DNA from: Amoebidium appalachense
Taxonomy: Eukaryota > Protista > Ichthyosporea
DNA: 64,000 nt
NCBI GenBank assembly: GCA_963693365.1
Contig: CAVNZM010000007.1
Span: forward strand, 7,933,962 to 7,997,961
Reading direction: 5' to 3'
Numbering within the stretch: the stretch's first letter is position 1; each line of letters begins with the position of its first letter. This document shows, one piece after another, positions 1 to 27,275 of the stretch. The notes beneath the pieces are model-generated. The model searched no databases. It was not told the origin of the DNA and saw only the letters and a program-made list of their open reading frames with translations. The position numbers and the translations under genes were made by a program.

Positions 1-24
1 AAATGGGTAAGAAGGGATTCGCAC

Positions 25-262
25 CAGAAATAGAAGAGATCACGCGTAATTTTAAAAAAGTCCCGCGAGAAGAAAAATCGTCCAGAGGCCATGGGGATTG
101 TGAATGTCTGCCACATGAGGTTGAAATAGCGGAAGAACGTGGAACCTCCCAGAATGCTCCATGAGGTGCTGGAGTCTGCAGTGTACAGGTCCACCCCAAG
201 GTGCTTGTACATGGACAGTAGCTCGGGGTAGTATTCGCACGTCACTGCGCAAAGAAACATGT

Positions 263-299
<37 letters not shown>

Positions 300-435
300 A
301 AATAAAGATAAAAGGAAAAGGAACCAGCAACGGGAGAAGGAACGGATGACAAAAAAAAAAAAAACAGGATCATGGTGTCAACCACAGGCATGACTGAAAA
401 AGAAGAGAAACAAGACCAAGCAAGGAGTATGGGGG

Positions 436-488
<53 letters not shown>

Positions 489-976
489 AAAGAGGATGCT
501 TTTGGTGTGTGTGCTGTGTGTCTCGTGTGGTGCTTGGTGAGTGAATGTGTGTGTGATTGAATGGATGGGGACGAGAACCCCCCGCGGGGGGGGGGGGGGG
601 GGGGGGGGGGGGAGGGGGGGGGCAATAGCAAAGCACAAGGACCCAAACTGCAAAATGGTAGAGTAACCAACCCACATACGGTCACATCCACATAAATCAC
701 ACAAAACGAGAATGTAACATAAAACAGCGACTCGTGGTAAAGAGAGGGTGTCGAAATGGTAAAAAGAAAATCCCAAAAGCTTGGCGAAGGTGAGGGGACT
801 GGAGGTTGAGGGGGGAAAGGAGGGGTTATAATGTGTTTGAGAGTACGAAATACACACATGAAAAACATCAACGCAGAGTGCAAAGCACACGGGGGGAGGG
901 GGAGGGGGGGGAGGGGAGGGGGGCTGTAATTCTCAAGAAGGTGGATGTATCTTGCCGCTCACTTCTCCCAGCCCCC

Positions 977-1007
<31 letters not shown>

Positions 1008-2027
1008 AAGAAAAAAAAAGAAAAAAAAAAAAAGAAAAACCCATCCCTTCATCACTCTCCAAAATCCGCCATCTCTCCTTCTTTTCTTGGTCCTTTCATT
1101 TTTTTTCAGAGACACAATGCGCTGCTAAACTGCCTACTAATGGCAGGAATGGGCAAAGTATACGTAAAAGAATGATAAGAGGTGCATGCAGTGTGTCGGT
1201 GAATAGAGGCTAGGGAAGGAGGAATGTTGGAGGGGAATCGTGGTAAAGCTTGAGAGGTCTAGGCGTCTGAGGCTACAAGGGAATCACGACGACACACAGA
1301 CTGCAGAAAATGCAACAAAAAAGCATGCACAGAAAGTATGTGTCATAAGTACTGAGAAGAGGGCCCGAATGTGTTAAGGAAAGGGGGCAGGGGACAATGA
1401 AGAAAAAGGAAAAGTTGAGAGGCGGGGGGAGGGAGGGGGGGGGGAGGGGGAGGAGGGGGGAGAGAAGGAAGAGAAAGGTGGCTCATTATGACTGGGAGAA
1501 GGAACCACCACAAGGATTCATGCATAAGAGTGAGCTCAAAACAGTTCTAGCAAACAAAGGCCTGGCACACAAAGACAGCACGATGTCACAGAAGGGCACA
1601 CTAGCAGGGACCAATCAACATAAAAGCAGGTCTCAAACAGGAAAAGGGCGGAAGCGGAAAACGGGGAAAAAAGCTGGGAGGCAGAGGATGGCGGCAAGGT
1701 GGGAGGACAGGAATAATCACACAAGAGCGGAGGGGAGAAGGGGGGGGGGGGGGGGGGGGGGGGGGGGGTAGCGGGGTCAAGATCATCAGCCTGTCACCAA
1801 GTGACAACCCAACAGCACAAACCTATTCTCAGAGGTACGTCCACGACAGCCTTCTTTCCGTTTAAGTCCAACTCCACAGAGTGCGCGCCCAGGCCGGGCT
1901 CGCTGTGTGTCTCATACAGACTAACCTCAAAGCGAGAATCCTCGCCAAGCAGCCAGGCTGCACTCAGGCCCGCCATGCCACTGCCTATTATGGCTACACG
2001 CTTACGGTTCTGCTGTGGATCTGCCAT
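25..2027 (-). CDS. FAD/NAD(P)-binding oxidoreductase (amine oxidase-like), 5' part; exons 2027-1823 and 244-25; gene continues beyond the left edge
   Basis: Exon 1 encodes MADPQQNRKRVAIIGSGMAGLSAAWLL...FEVSLYE...GLGAHS...VDVPLRI, a Rossmann GxGxxG motif. Donor G|GTTTGT at 1822 and acceptor CAG at 247-245 splice in frame to VTCEYYPELLSMYKHLGVDL...RDLFYF. The next donor is GTGCGA at 24. Confidence 0.85.
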
Positions 2028-2901
2028 CTTGAGAATGGATCTCTAGCTCTAATATGCTTTTGTCTATGGGTTTTATGCAGACAAACTGCTCTGTCTACAC
2101 GTAAAAGAAAATGATTGATTCTTGGATAAAGGTGAAGATGAAAGCGGAGCGACGGCGCAGAGCAGCCTTTCTACAGTTATCCTGTGTCGCTTGTATGACA
2201 CTTGCCAGGCAACTCTATTTGGCCGAGTATTACAAAGTGTGACAGCAAAAGCAAGATCTAGACGTCTGAGTCTGAGTTTCGAAATCCAAGCCTCCCCTCC
2301 CTCGCAAGTTTCTTTGGGGTCTTCAACATTCAAGTTGTGATTCAACTCTTTGCTTAGTCTTTTTCCGAAAGTTTTGTTGAGTCGGTCGAAGCGTGTCACA
2401 ACAAGGTTCACACACAAGAAGCGGATTGGCTAACTCAACACCAGTGACGTAAAGCAGTGCAAATTGATTGGTACATATGATCGATGAGTTCGAACCGGGT
2501 CAAGCTAACGGTCCAGGCAGGTGTGCTGTGCCATTGTAAAGGTCTACTTATCACAGCAGTATATGCCAAGTTTATATTTTTTAAGTTTAGAAGATATATT
2601 AAATATATTTACAACTCTTCATATATGAAATATCTACATATCTGGAATGTTGAGATCCACCGATCTATTTGAATCAACGCCGACTCGCTAAAAAAGAAGT
2701 CTGTGACCCGTCTCGAACTTAGTAAATTGCGATGCCAGTTGACCATCTGATTGGTTCATTATGCAGATGGCGCGAAAATCTGTGATACGCTTGAAGGCTT
2801 TTGCAAGGCCTCCTACCTACTCTGGTATCATACTGACAGGGCCTCCCTTAAAGCTTTGCCCGGCCCCCCCTCTTGGGTGCTACTGTATAGTGGGGGTGGG
2901 T

Positions 2902-3280
2902 GTTAGAAAGGCTGGACTGATTCTGAGTTCTTCGTTGGGAAGAGAGAGTGGGGGGGCGCCGTTACGGATAGGCCGGACTTATTCCGAGTTGGTTCGTTGG
3001 AAAGAGAGATGGACGAGTGGTGTGAAAAAGGCTGGGCAGATTCTGAGGCCGGCCTCATTGGAAAGAGTGATGGGGAGCTGACGTTAGAAAGGCTGGGCTG
3101 ATTCTGAGTTGTCTCCTTGGAAATAGAGAAGGAGTAGAGGCATCTAAAAGGCTGGGTTGATTCTGGGTGCGCTGGTTGGAAAGACAGTTTGGGGGCGTTA
3201 GAAAGGCTAAGCTGATTCTGAGTTAGCTCGTTGGAAAGAGGGATTGTAGGATGGCGTTAGAAAGGCTGGGATGATGCTGA
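2902..3280. repeat. Degenerate minisatellite, ~6.5 copies of a ~59-60 bp unit
   Basis: Recurring GTTAGAAAGGCTGGGCTGATTCTGAGTT...CGTTGGAAAGAG starting near 2902, 2961, 3022, 3083, 3142, 3197 and 3256. Confidence 0.85.
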
Positions 3281-3568
3281 TGTCTTTGTTTGTGTGTATT
3301 TTGTGTGTGTTTGGAAGAAGAAAATGCGGGGGGTATACGCAAAAGGCTATGGGCTACTCATTTTACATCGTTATGGCGAAGTATGCACGTAATATCTGTG
3401 ATAAAGAGATTCATGGGAAGAGACCGAACTTTTTCTGGTGAGTTGATGTGTTAATTCTAACACTTTCGCAGATCCAACAAAAAGATGAACACTAGCCAGG
3501 GATCCGTTGCAGTTATTGTTGAAACTTGGTGATGTGCCATCCACACGTGCAAGGGGGCACACACACAT

Positions 3569-3673
<105 letters not shown>

Positions 3674-3697
3674 CACACACACACACAAACACACACA

Positions 3698-3778
<81 letters not shown>

Positions 3779-3802
3779 ACATGCGCGCGCTCGCGCACAC
3801 AC

Positions 3803-4104
3803 ACGTGCGCTCACAGCGCGTTACTCTTTAGGTTCCTGTAGCATGAGCACCGCGGTTGTTGATGGGAGAAGGGGGGGGGGGGGAGGGGAGGGGGAGGGGA
3901 GGGAGGAGGAGGGGGAGGGGAAGGAGGGGGGGGGGGGGGGGGGGGTTCTTAAAGCACACACACACCGTGACGTGCGCTCACAGCGCGTTACTCTTTAGGT
4001 TCCTGTAGCATGAGCACCGTGGTTGTTGTTAGGAGAAGGGGAAGGAGGGGAGAAAAGGGGGGGGGGGGAGGGGAGGAGGAGGGGGGGGGGGGGGTTCTTA
4101 AAGG
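3803..4104. repeat. Tandem direct duplication (~167 bp period)
   Basis: ACGTGCGCTCACAGCGCGTTACTCTTTAGGTTCCTGTAGCATGAGCACCG occurs at 3803 and 3970. Each copy is followed by a G-rich tract and GTTCTTAAAG. Confidence 0.85.
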
Positions 4105-4178
4105 ACTGTTGGCCCCGGGGAGCCGACACAGACAACCTTTTTTGTTTCCAGAAAAATAACAAACGCTTGAGACATTAG

Positions 4179-4289
4179 ATGGATCTATGGTCTTAGCAGA
4201 CTCCGGAGGGAAAGTGACGCTGTTTGAGATGAGAGATGACCCAAATATGACTCACTTCTGGGAACGTGATGGCTGTGCTGATGTTGATG
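4179..4289 (+). pseudogene. Possible exon relic of an FAD-dependent monooxygenase/oxidoreductase N-terminus
   Basis: A TAG...GTGAGT-bounded segment reads GSMVLADSGGKVTLFEMRDDPNMTHFWERDGCADVD, like the second half of a Rossmann beta-alpha-beta fold. The upstream duplicated unit contains ATG-STAVVDG / ATG-STVVVV. No complete gene could be built. Confidence 0.3.
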
Positions 4290-5418
4290 GTGAGTATTGG
4301 TTTGGGAAAAGTTTAAGAGACTGGGTTTGATGGCTGGGCAAAAACGGCCTGGGTGGAACAGCCGGATGTGGAGATGAGTGGGAGAGAAGAGGGGTGTAGG
4401 GGTTGTGGTGTGTGGGGGTGAGAGGGTTGCAGCGTTGGGCAGTGTCCCTATCTGTGTTTGATTTGGGCGGGGATCATTGCTATTTAGGTCTAGTTCCCGA
4501 TTCGGAAGGATGGGGAAAAGGGGGGCACCCGGGGCAAAGGAAAGAAGGGAGGGGGAGGGGGGGGGGGGGGGGGGGGGGTAGACGGTGGCTTTCATATTAT
4601 TCAGTGGTTCGTGACTGCAATATAGTGCTTATGCTTGTACAGTCATTGGGACTCGGACACCCGTACCTATGCATGTAGCAGTGTAATTTGGGGGATTTCT
4701 GTGTAACAGTTTTTGTTTGGCCTCTAACAGCTATATAAATTCGGGTGCAGGTTTTAGCAATGTGACTTCCAGGCTCCGGGATCTTTTGACATTTGTATGA
4801 AGATCCAACCATCCAGAAGGTATTTGGAGTTGTCGGATATGTGTGATATTCCCTAGGCTATTCACATGTACTATGATGTAACACATGTACAAATACTTAT
4901 ACCTTTAAGCCTTCCAACGCCTACATCTCGCTGCCAGTGACCAACACACACGTTTGTAAATGCTAACTTTAATAGGATTATTCGTATCCCTTAGAGCGCT
5001 GTACTACTAAGGGACTGCTAATAAACGCGGTAATACTAAGTGACTGCTAAGAAACTGTCGTATGCATTGCACCTAAACCACAACTGGCGTTACTGTACGT
5101 GCTAAGTTGTGGTTTAGGTGCAATGCATACATGTATGAACATGAATGATCATGCATTCTTTTTGGTGTGTGGAACAGTCCCTGGATCTTTCCCTCCCCGC
5201 CTCCCCCCCCCCCCCCTCCCCCCTCCCCCCCCCCCCCCACATACACACCCCACCTCTTCCCCCCCCCCCCACCCAATACACACATGTACTATGCTGTAAC
5301 AGTGTCTCACACCCACATACGTATAGAGAGAGAGAGACAGAGAGAGACAGAGAGTGAGAGAGAGTGTGCATGTGTGTGTGAGTGTGTGTGACTGGGGGGG
5401 GGGGGGGGGGGGGGGGGG

Positions 5419-5462
<44 letters not shown>

Positions 5463-5546
5463 CCCACACATGCGTGTAGAGAGGCACACACACAGGCCAC
5501 TTGCCTCAGATCGGGGGGGGGGGGGGGGGGGGCAGGCACGGATTTT

Positions 5547-5598
<52 letters not shown>

Positions 5599-6044
5599 AT
5601 TTGTGTGTGTGTATGTGTGTGTCTGTAGCACTGTGTGGTGTGTCTATGCACGTGCGTGCACTCACGCGGCTGTTGTGTGCATACAGCACCACAGTGTGTG
5701 CTTGCAGTGCATTTGCGAGTAGTATGCGTGTGTGTTAAAAGCCTGTTAACAATGTGTGTAAGCGTGTTCATGTGTGTGATACGTCGTGCGCAGATGTACA
5801 ATCACTGACAAGTGCGCAAAATATGTGCCATGTGCGCTCTCATGCAGGTTTGCCCAGTTTGTGCGAATATGCTGTGGCTGGGTGTATTTGCTCAGTGTGT
5901 GTGTGTGTATACGTGTGCAGCAGTGTATAGAAACCCATGTGTCGGTGACGTCACTAGAATTATGTGCTTGTATATAGGACGGTGTGGGTGTGGTGTCTTT
6001 GCCCCACATAGAGTGGGTATGCACACAGACGTTCAGTGTCACCG

Positions 6045-6084
<40 letters not shown>

Positions 6085-6487
6085 GCGCGCGCGCGCGCGA
6101 TAAGTGCAAACATCAGCACACACACAGACATTCCCGGCTGGCACGTGCACGGGCATACACACACCCACACACCCACCCACCCACACCCACCCACACACAC
6201 ACACGAAATGCACACATCCACATCCATATCCACACACCCTACAATCCAATCCGAGGCTGGCACATGGGCGCACGAACACAGACACACGTGCACACACACG
6301 TGTAACACAGACACACGCTCACACATGTGTTCGCGCATAAACACAGTCCTGCATACACACAGTCCTACACACACAACTCAATTAGATACTGGCCCTCGCA
6401 CACAAGTCTTGGACACCGGCACATGTGTGTACAGGTCCTGGAGCCTCAGGGCCCTGCGCGCACACAAACACGCGCGCACCGCACACG

Positions 6488-6533
<46 letters not shown>

Positions 6534-7092
6534 GAGTATCATGACTGCAGGACCGCGCGCGCACGGCCGACCACATGGCATGCAAGCTCCAAAACCACAA
6601 CTTTTTTCAAGCAGCCATGCCGAAAGTGTACATAGCCAATGGAAAAACAAGGAAGTGAGGGCACATCGAGGAGGGGAGGGGGGGGGGGGGGGGGGGGAAC
6701 GAGCATATTTGCGTTCACGGATGCAGCACACGTTGAAATCGAATGCTCTAGACATTTATCTTATCACTTTACCCACAGTAGACACCAAAGGGGCAAACCA
6801 ACAACTCCATGGCCAACGATCACAATGATGGCAGACCGGGACCCATGTTTAGTGGGCGGTTGTCAGTTGCAACCTCTCTGAATGCCGGTTGAGTTACTTA
6901 AGCTCACTATGTAAAAGTAACCCCCTTTCCCCCCCACACACAAATCTACCCACCCACTCCACCCACATGTACACCCACCCACCCACCCACCCACACAGGC
7001 CATCGGCCCCTCCCCCTCCACCCCCCAACCCCCCCACACACACACACAACAAAAAAAAAAAAAAAAAAAAAAGCTGAGATCCACCACAACCC

Positions 7093-7136
<44 letters not shown>

Positions 7137-7363
7137 AAAGAAAGAAAGAAAACCGACCCACCCACCCCGGCCCCCCACACACACACACCCCCAACACCCA
7201 CCACCGCTACCTAAAAAAAAGAAGAAAAATACCGACTCTTGAGCCACCACAGATACCCATACCCCCTCCCCCCCCCTAAAGAAAGTGAGAAGAAATTAAA
7301 AGAAAAAGACAGAGCCACCACAGATGCCCATCAACCTTCCCCCCCCCCCCCCCCCCCCCCCGG

Positions 7364-7439
<76 letters not shown>

Positions 7440-7876
7440 CCCAAAAAAAAAAAAAAAATCACCTCCACAGGTGCATTTACTCCATGAAACCGCCGCAAGT
7501 TGGCGGGTCGGTTGTTTGCTCAGAACGACCCAGGCATATTCCTACTTTTTTGTTGTGTTATAAAAACTTTGCAAGAGCCATTGTTTTTGTATTTTATTTC
7601 CGATTTCCAGAAATCACCGGGTCCGCCTAATATGTATATCAATATTATCTCATAGAACGGCAAGTATGCCAGCAGGCTTATATACTTATTACCGCGGTTT
7701 TCAAACCAATAAATACTAAAATGTGCCTATAGGGTATAACTCATCACGTGGTACACAGGAACTGCATACTCCTGTTCAGGCATTCATTATGTTTATACAA
7801 ACTATACACCGGTCCTAAGTCCAGCGGAAAGAACAATAACATATTCAATTCTTAAAACATTACACACACACTCGCA

Positions 7877-22144
<14,268 letters not shown>

Positions 22145-24302
22145 ATCTATAGGTAGAGGGCTCTAGGGCCCTAAAAAAACACCGGCCTTATACTCTAATG
22201 TTATAACTATTATAGCAAAGACGCCCTCATGGGGTGCGCTACTAAACGAAAACCAGTTAACACACTCCAGACACGGTGGGGACTGTAGCGACACCTTTGG
22301 GCCGTCTGCGACTTTGACGGTAGGCTTGATTTGGTATTTCAACAAATTCATTCAGCGACGCCCTCTTTTCCAACAAAGTTTAGATGATATTGGAATTACA
22401 CAGCTCTTAGAATTTTGAATTGTTTCAATTTGCGACAGGAATCACCATTAATATCCAACAATTTGCCCATTTAAGTAATAAATGGCTGATTAAAACCTAG
22501 ATATAAATCTTAAATATCAAATTCAATTTTACGGGGAAAGTTTTGTAAATGGGGATCTGTTTAATTTTGCTGGGGTTGAATCATAAAGCCAGCGGCCTTC
22601 TAACTGGCGCTTGCTAATGGAATTTTTGGTGTTGGCGAATTGCGATTGGCTACATGCAGGATCCCCCTATACCTTACTAAAGTCTTCATGTAAACAAGCC
22701 CAGGGCGAGTTTTGTTTTGATCTACACAGCTCGCAGACAAAATGCAAAGTAATATTAACTGACTATAAAATGTATTAATCGTATTAAATGGTGGTGCTCA
22801 TTATGCTTTGAAGAAAAGCTTGTTAGTGCTATAGTGTAAAAATATTTTGCAACAAACGAATAATCTTTCCCTCCATAGAGGAATGTGCATAACCCACCGC
22901 CGGTCTCTGCATTGGCTCGGACGCGATCCCGAACTGTTTCGCGACATCGATGTCTTGCCCTCCAGAACCAGAAAGCTTTAGAGCCTCGATATTGTATTTA
23001 TTTAGTGGATGTACATTAATGTGTGTGATACTATTCTCATTGAATTTTTTAGCTGGGTATTTTTTTTGGGTGCTGCTGTTGACCTACAAATATCCCATGC
23101 CATGCACCTGACTTGAAACAGAGAAGTTGGGCGGCCAATAAAATGCTGCACTGTGATTGGAGGTCAGTCCAGGAATGTTTTCATTGTCCGGACCGGCGTC
23201 ATCTTCTAATGATATAGAACTAATCATAATGAAGGAAGCATCTACGTTCATTGAACGTTCAACGGTTACATACCGTTCTTGTCTGCAAGCATGTCGACCA
23301 GACAGTCGGGCCCGGTGCACGGTCCAAAGTGCACACGTTGGCCTGGGCGGAGCAGCTTGAAAAACTACCGAATCCCTGCACGGGGGGCAGGTTGGTGCAA
23401 TGGTAAGATCTCTGCGTGTCAAGCTCAAAGTCGCAGGATCGATCCTGGTTACTTCCGATTTTTCTGCCTGGACGGTCCATCGGTCTGGCCGCCCCCTACA
23501 ATAGAAGCCATCACCCCAGACCACGTCAAGCAGCACCACCAATTTGTTATCATCCGGCCGCAAGACATGACGTCATGAACAGCACCGGCCCTCTGACGTC
23601 GACGGCGCGCCACTTGCGCATCCCAGCCCAACGTTCAAGTGGGAGACCAATCCGAGTCACCGGCCACGGTTCGGGTCAGCGTCCTGGGCATGGGGTCTTC
23701 CCCTTTCAAGTCTTTATGTTTGTGTATGTGTCCAGGGTCGCTCCCGGCTGGTGTTGTTAATTGAAGTGAGCTGTGCTCACTTGCCCACTAGCGTTGCTGC
23801 GGCTAGAACCGTGGGATAAGGCGAAACTAAAAATAGTGCCAGTTGGGGTCGATTAGAATCCTGACAATTATGAGTGTGCTATACAGTATTATCTGTGTCT
23901 AGGCGCCCCTGAGGCAGTGCCTCACCGGGAGTGAAACGGGATGAAATAAAAAATAAAATAAAAAAATAAAAATAAAAAATCCGAATCCCTGCATTGCATG
24001 CATGCTACGTGCAGATAAGGAGTCCACATACCTGAGGGAGGCGTACAGTAGTTATTGTTCATGCATGGATGTGCGAACGGACGCATCGTGGATATCACCC
24101 GGTGATGCTGATTATGAGCGGCACCGTGGCACAGCAGTGCTTCGGCAAGTCATAAATGAAGCTGACTCGATATCGATCTCGCAGTCGAACTTCCGGTACT
24201 TGCAATAATGCATCGGAATATTAATGCTTGCAAAATATTTTGAATCCTGTACGTATCAGTAAGGATCCGGCCCCGGCCCGGTCACGATCACCGGTCGGGC
24301 CA

Positions 24303-24335
<33 letters not shown>

Positions 24336-25362
24336 GAACAGAAGGGGGGGAAGGGAAGAATTCGAGGGAGGGAGTGATACGGTGGGCGGCGGATGTGGAC
24401 CACGGCTGAGGGGGAGAAGGGGGGGATGGAACCGTTGCTGAGAGGAGGGAGCGGGCCGGAGGTAGGGGGGGGGGGGGGGGGGGAGGGGGGGGGGGGGGGG
24501 GGGGCCAGTACCGAATCCATACCAAGGATCCGGAGCCTCTGAGCCTCTCCAAGTTGAGGATATATACACATGTGTGTACCGTACACGCACCGCACACACT
24601 GCACACACACACACACACACCGTGGCACGCACACATACACATGCATATGTTCACGCACACTTACACAAATTTAAACACACATACACAAACACACACACAA
24701 GACTTAGTGTACATGCGCACACGCACACGCAGGCACACACACAAACACATACATGACAAAGAGTACACACGCACGCACGCACACACACACACACGCATGT
24801 ACACACATACACACGCACACAAACACAGGCAAACCACACACAGTCGCTCACCTACTCGCTCACACACTCTTCTTAGATCTCTACTACACATGCACACACA
24901 TACACACACATGCACACACACTCTCTCTCTTTCTCTTTCTCACTCACTCATACACACACTGTGACCATGCACACACACATAAGGACGTGTGGACGCACGC
25001 ATGCACACATGTACACACAGCCCGAGTGTGTGAGTGTGCTGCTGTATGCCGGCAGGGAAAGGGGTAGGGGTACGAGGGTTGGAGGTGGAGGCTAGATGGG
25101 TGGATGGTGCCGCAGATGGTAGGTGGTGTGGGGGTGGGGCTAGGTGGGTGGGTGGTGGTTGTTGGGTGGGGGGGGGGGGGGGGGGGGGGGGGGGAATGGT
25201 AGACGATAAGAGGCTGCGGGTATACGTATCATGTGGAACCTCCGGAAAGTTAGAAAGAATCAAATGGCTCGTGAAATCAAAGGCAAAGGGTGCGAGGACA
25301 GTCAATTTGGAACGGGGGGAGCAAGGGAGGGGATGTGTTACCGAGTGCAACACGCCTTCACA

Positions 25363-25854
25363 AAGGGCCCAACCACATGGGCAGAGTCAGCTTGCAAAAA
25401 AGCAGAATTATTCTGCGAAAAGCGGAATTATTCTGCAAAATGCAGAATTATTCTGCAAAAGCTGAATCACTCTACTTTTAGCAGAATTATTCTGCAAAAG
25501 CAGAATCACTCTGTTTTTAGCTGAATCACTCTGCCTTTAGCAGAATCATTCTGCTTTTTGCAAAATTATTCCGCTTTTTGCAGAATAATTCCGCTTTTGA
25601 CAGCAGAATAATTCTGCTTTTAGCAGAGAGATTCTGCTCTTAGCAGATTGATTCTGCTGTTTGCAGAGTGATTCTGCTTTTAGCAGATTGATTCTAGTTT
25701 TGCAGAATAATTCTGCTTTTAGCAGATTGATTCTGCTTTTGCAGAATAATTCTGCTTTCAGCACAGTGATTCTGCTTTTTGCAGAATAATTCTGCTTTTT
25801 GCAGAATAATACTGCTCGGAGCAAGTTGACTCAGCCGATGTGGTTGGGGCCCTT
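25363..25854. mobile_element. Foldback/MITE-like non-autonomous TIR element filled with palindromic ~19-20 bp repeats
   Basis: Left end AAGGGCCC-AACCACATGGGCAGAGTCAGCTTGC; reverse complement of the right end AAGGGCCCCAACCACATCGGCTGAGTCAACTTGC. The interior is >20 variants of AAAAGCAGAATTATTCTGC that switch polarity along the element. No clean TSD. Confidence 0.75.
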
Positions 25855-26840
25855 CACGACAGACAACACAATGCTGTTTGCAAAGCAGACACTGCATCAT
25901 GAGCAGAGCTCAAACCAGGAAGAAAGTGGGGCGGAGGGGGAGGATGGATAATACAGACATGACCGAACTTCTTTGCCCCCCTCCCCCGCCCCACTCCCCA
26001 CTCCCACTCCTCATACACATATTAGCATACGTTCGAGAGCATCCAGTCCTCTCTAAGGGCAGGAGAAATCTATCAATACAATGAGTCAACACACTAACTA
26101 TTCTCAAGATGAGTTATTGCTGCACGTGCGGGAAGCTGTGGTAACAACGAGACTGTGAGGGGTTATGTCAGAAAGCAGTAGGTGAAGGTGACGGGGAGGA
26201 GGGGTGGGTTATGTGACGAGTCAAACAAGCAAGCGTCTACAATCTGTACAGACTGTTTAACGGTGACAGTGTTCTTCAGGTGCCTAAGAGAAATCCATAT
26301 GTTTAGTGGCACCGGCTTATTGGTTATTTTATTTATTCCCCTCGTGCGTGCGTGTTTATGTGTGTGCGGGTGAGGAAGTAGGCGGCGGCGGTGGTGGTGG
26401 TGGTGGTGGCAGGGGGAATGTTTGCGGTCAGTGCCAGTGAGGGGATGAACTGCGCCAACCTGAGGTCACTGTAACATCGCATTTTTTTGTATAATACTCG
26501 CTTGGCTAATTGTTCTGTGGGTTATATATGCAATAACCAACAACAATTCCAACATTGAGAAAGCGTATCGAGACAAAGAAAATCACAGAGAATTGTGTTT
26601 CATATTGGATACGATGATAACGCTTTTTTAAAAGGAGAAGATTGATGCAGATTAGCTCATTGGGATAGTTCTGCCTACACCAGTCACACATCCCGGCCAG
26701 AGATCCCAACTGTGTCCTGACCTGCCTGAGCTTCAAAACTTCTATGTCACCATAGACCTGCTAATAAACACAGAGACCCCAAGCAACCAAGCATCCACAA
26801 CAACAGGATACAAGAAGTGGGTTAATCCTGCCTCAGAGTC

Positions 26841-27275
26841 TTAACAGCCCATGGCTCTCATATAGTTCTTGCCAGCTTGGTCCGCAGCCCAGCAGGCCGC
26901 CCCACAGCGAGCAATCGCCGCCGCGCCGCGCTGATAAAGACATCCGCCACATACTGCCTGCAGAGCACGCAGACATACAAGACGGGGGCAGCCGTTTACG
27001 GCCAACCAGTCTCTGTCATACGGGTTGGTAATGCACTGCGTCACACAGTTGAACAGGGTTTCATTTTGCTTGGTGCTTAGCCCCTGGGGAAAGCAGCGGG
27101 AGCAGCGTTGAAGCACTCTGTAGGGACATGTGGTGCCTAGAGGTTTGTAGATGAAGATGTTGGCAATGGTGACAATGCCCAGGTCGGTGCCTGGGGCTAG
27201 GCCCACGGGAGATGTTTGGGCAAAGGTGCACGCGATAGAAAAAAGGACAGACACAAGAACGGAAAAAAACCTCAT
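26841..27275 (-). CDS. Small secreted cysteine-rich protein (144 aa), paralog A
   Basis: Intronless ORF from ATG 27275, signal peptide MRFFSVLVSVLFSIACTFAQ. Cys pattern and motifs (PxGTxCP, CLRALQxVCG, terminal MRxxGC) are shared with 28340-28762. Confidence 0.85.
   Translation of the reverse strand: MRFFSVLVSVLFSIACTFAQTSPVGLAPGTDLGIVTIANIFIYKPLGTTCPYRVLQRCSRCFPQGLSTKQNETLFNCVTQCITNPYDRDWLAVNGCPRLVCLRALQAVCGGCLYQRGAAAIARCGAACWAADQAGKNYMRAMGC

Noticed and set aside
2902-3280. 60-bp array as a CRISPR array or LRR-coding repeat
   Set aside because: Units are degenerate along their whole length, there are no unique spacers and no cas genes, and the context is eukaryotic. The LERL-like frame has conserved TGA stops in most units.
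23893-23943. Hammerhead ribozyme-like GTC...CTGAGGC...GAAAC
   Set aside because: The core deviates from CUGANGA and stems II and III do not pair convincingly.
25396-25815. Palindromic repeats as a CRISPR array or coding ORFs
   Set aside because: No spacers; better explained as the interior of a TIR element.
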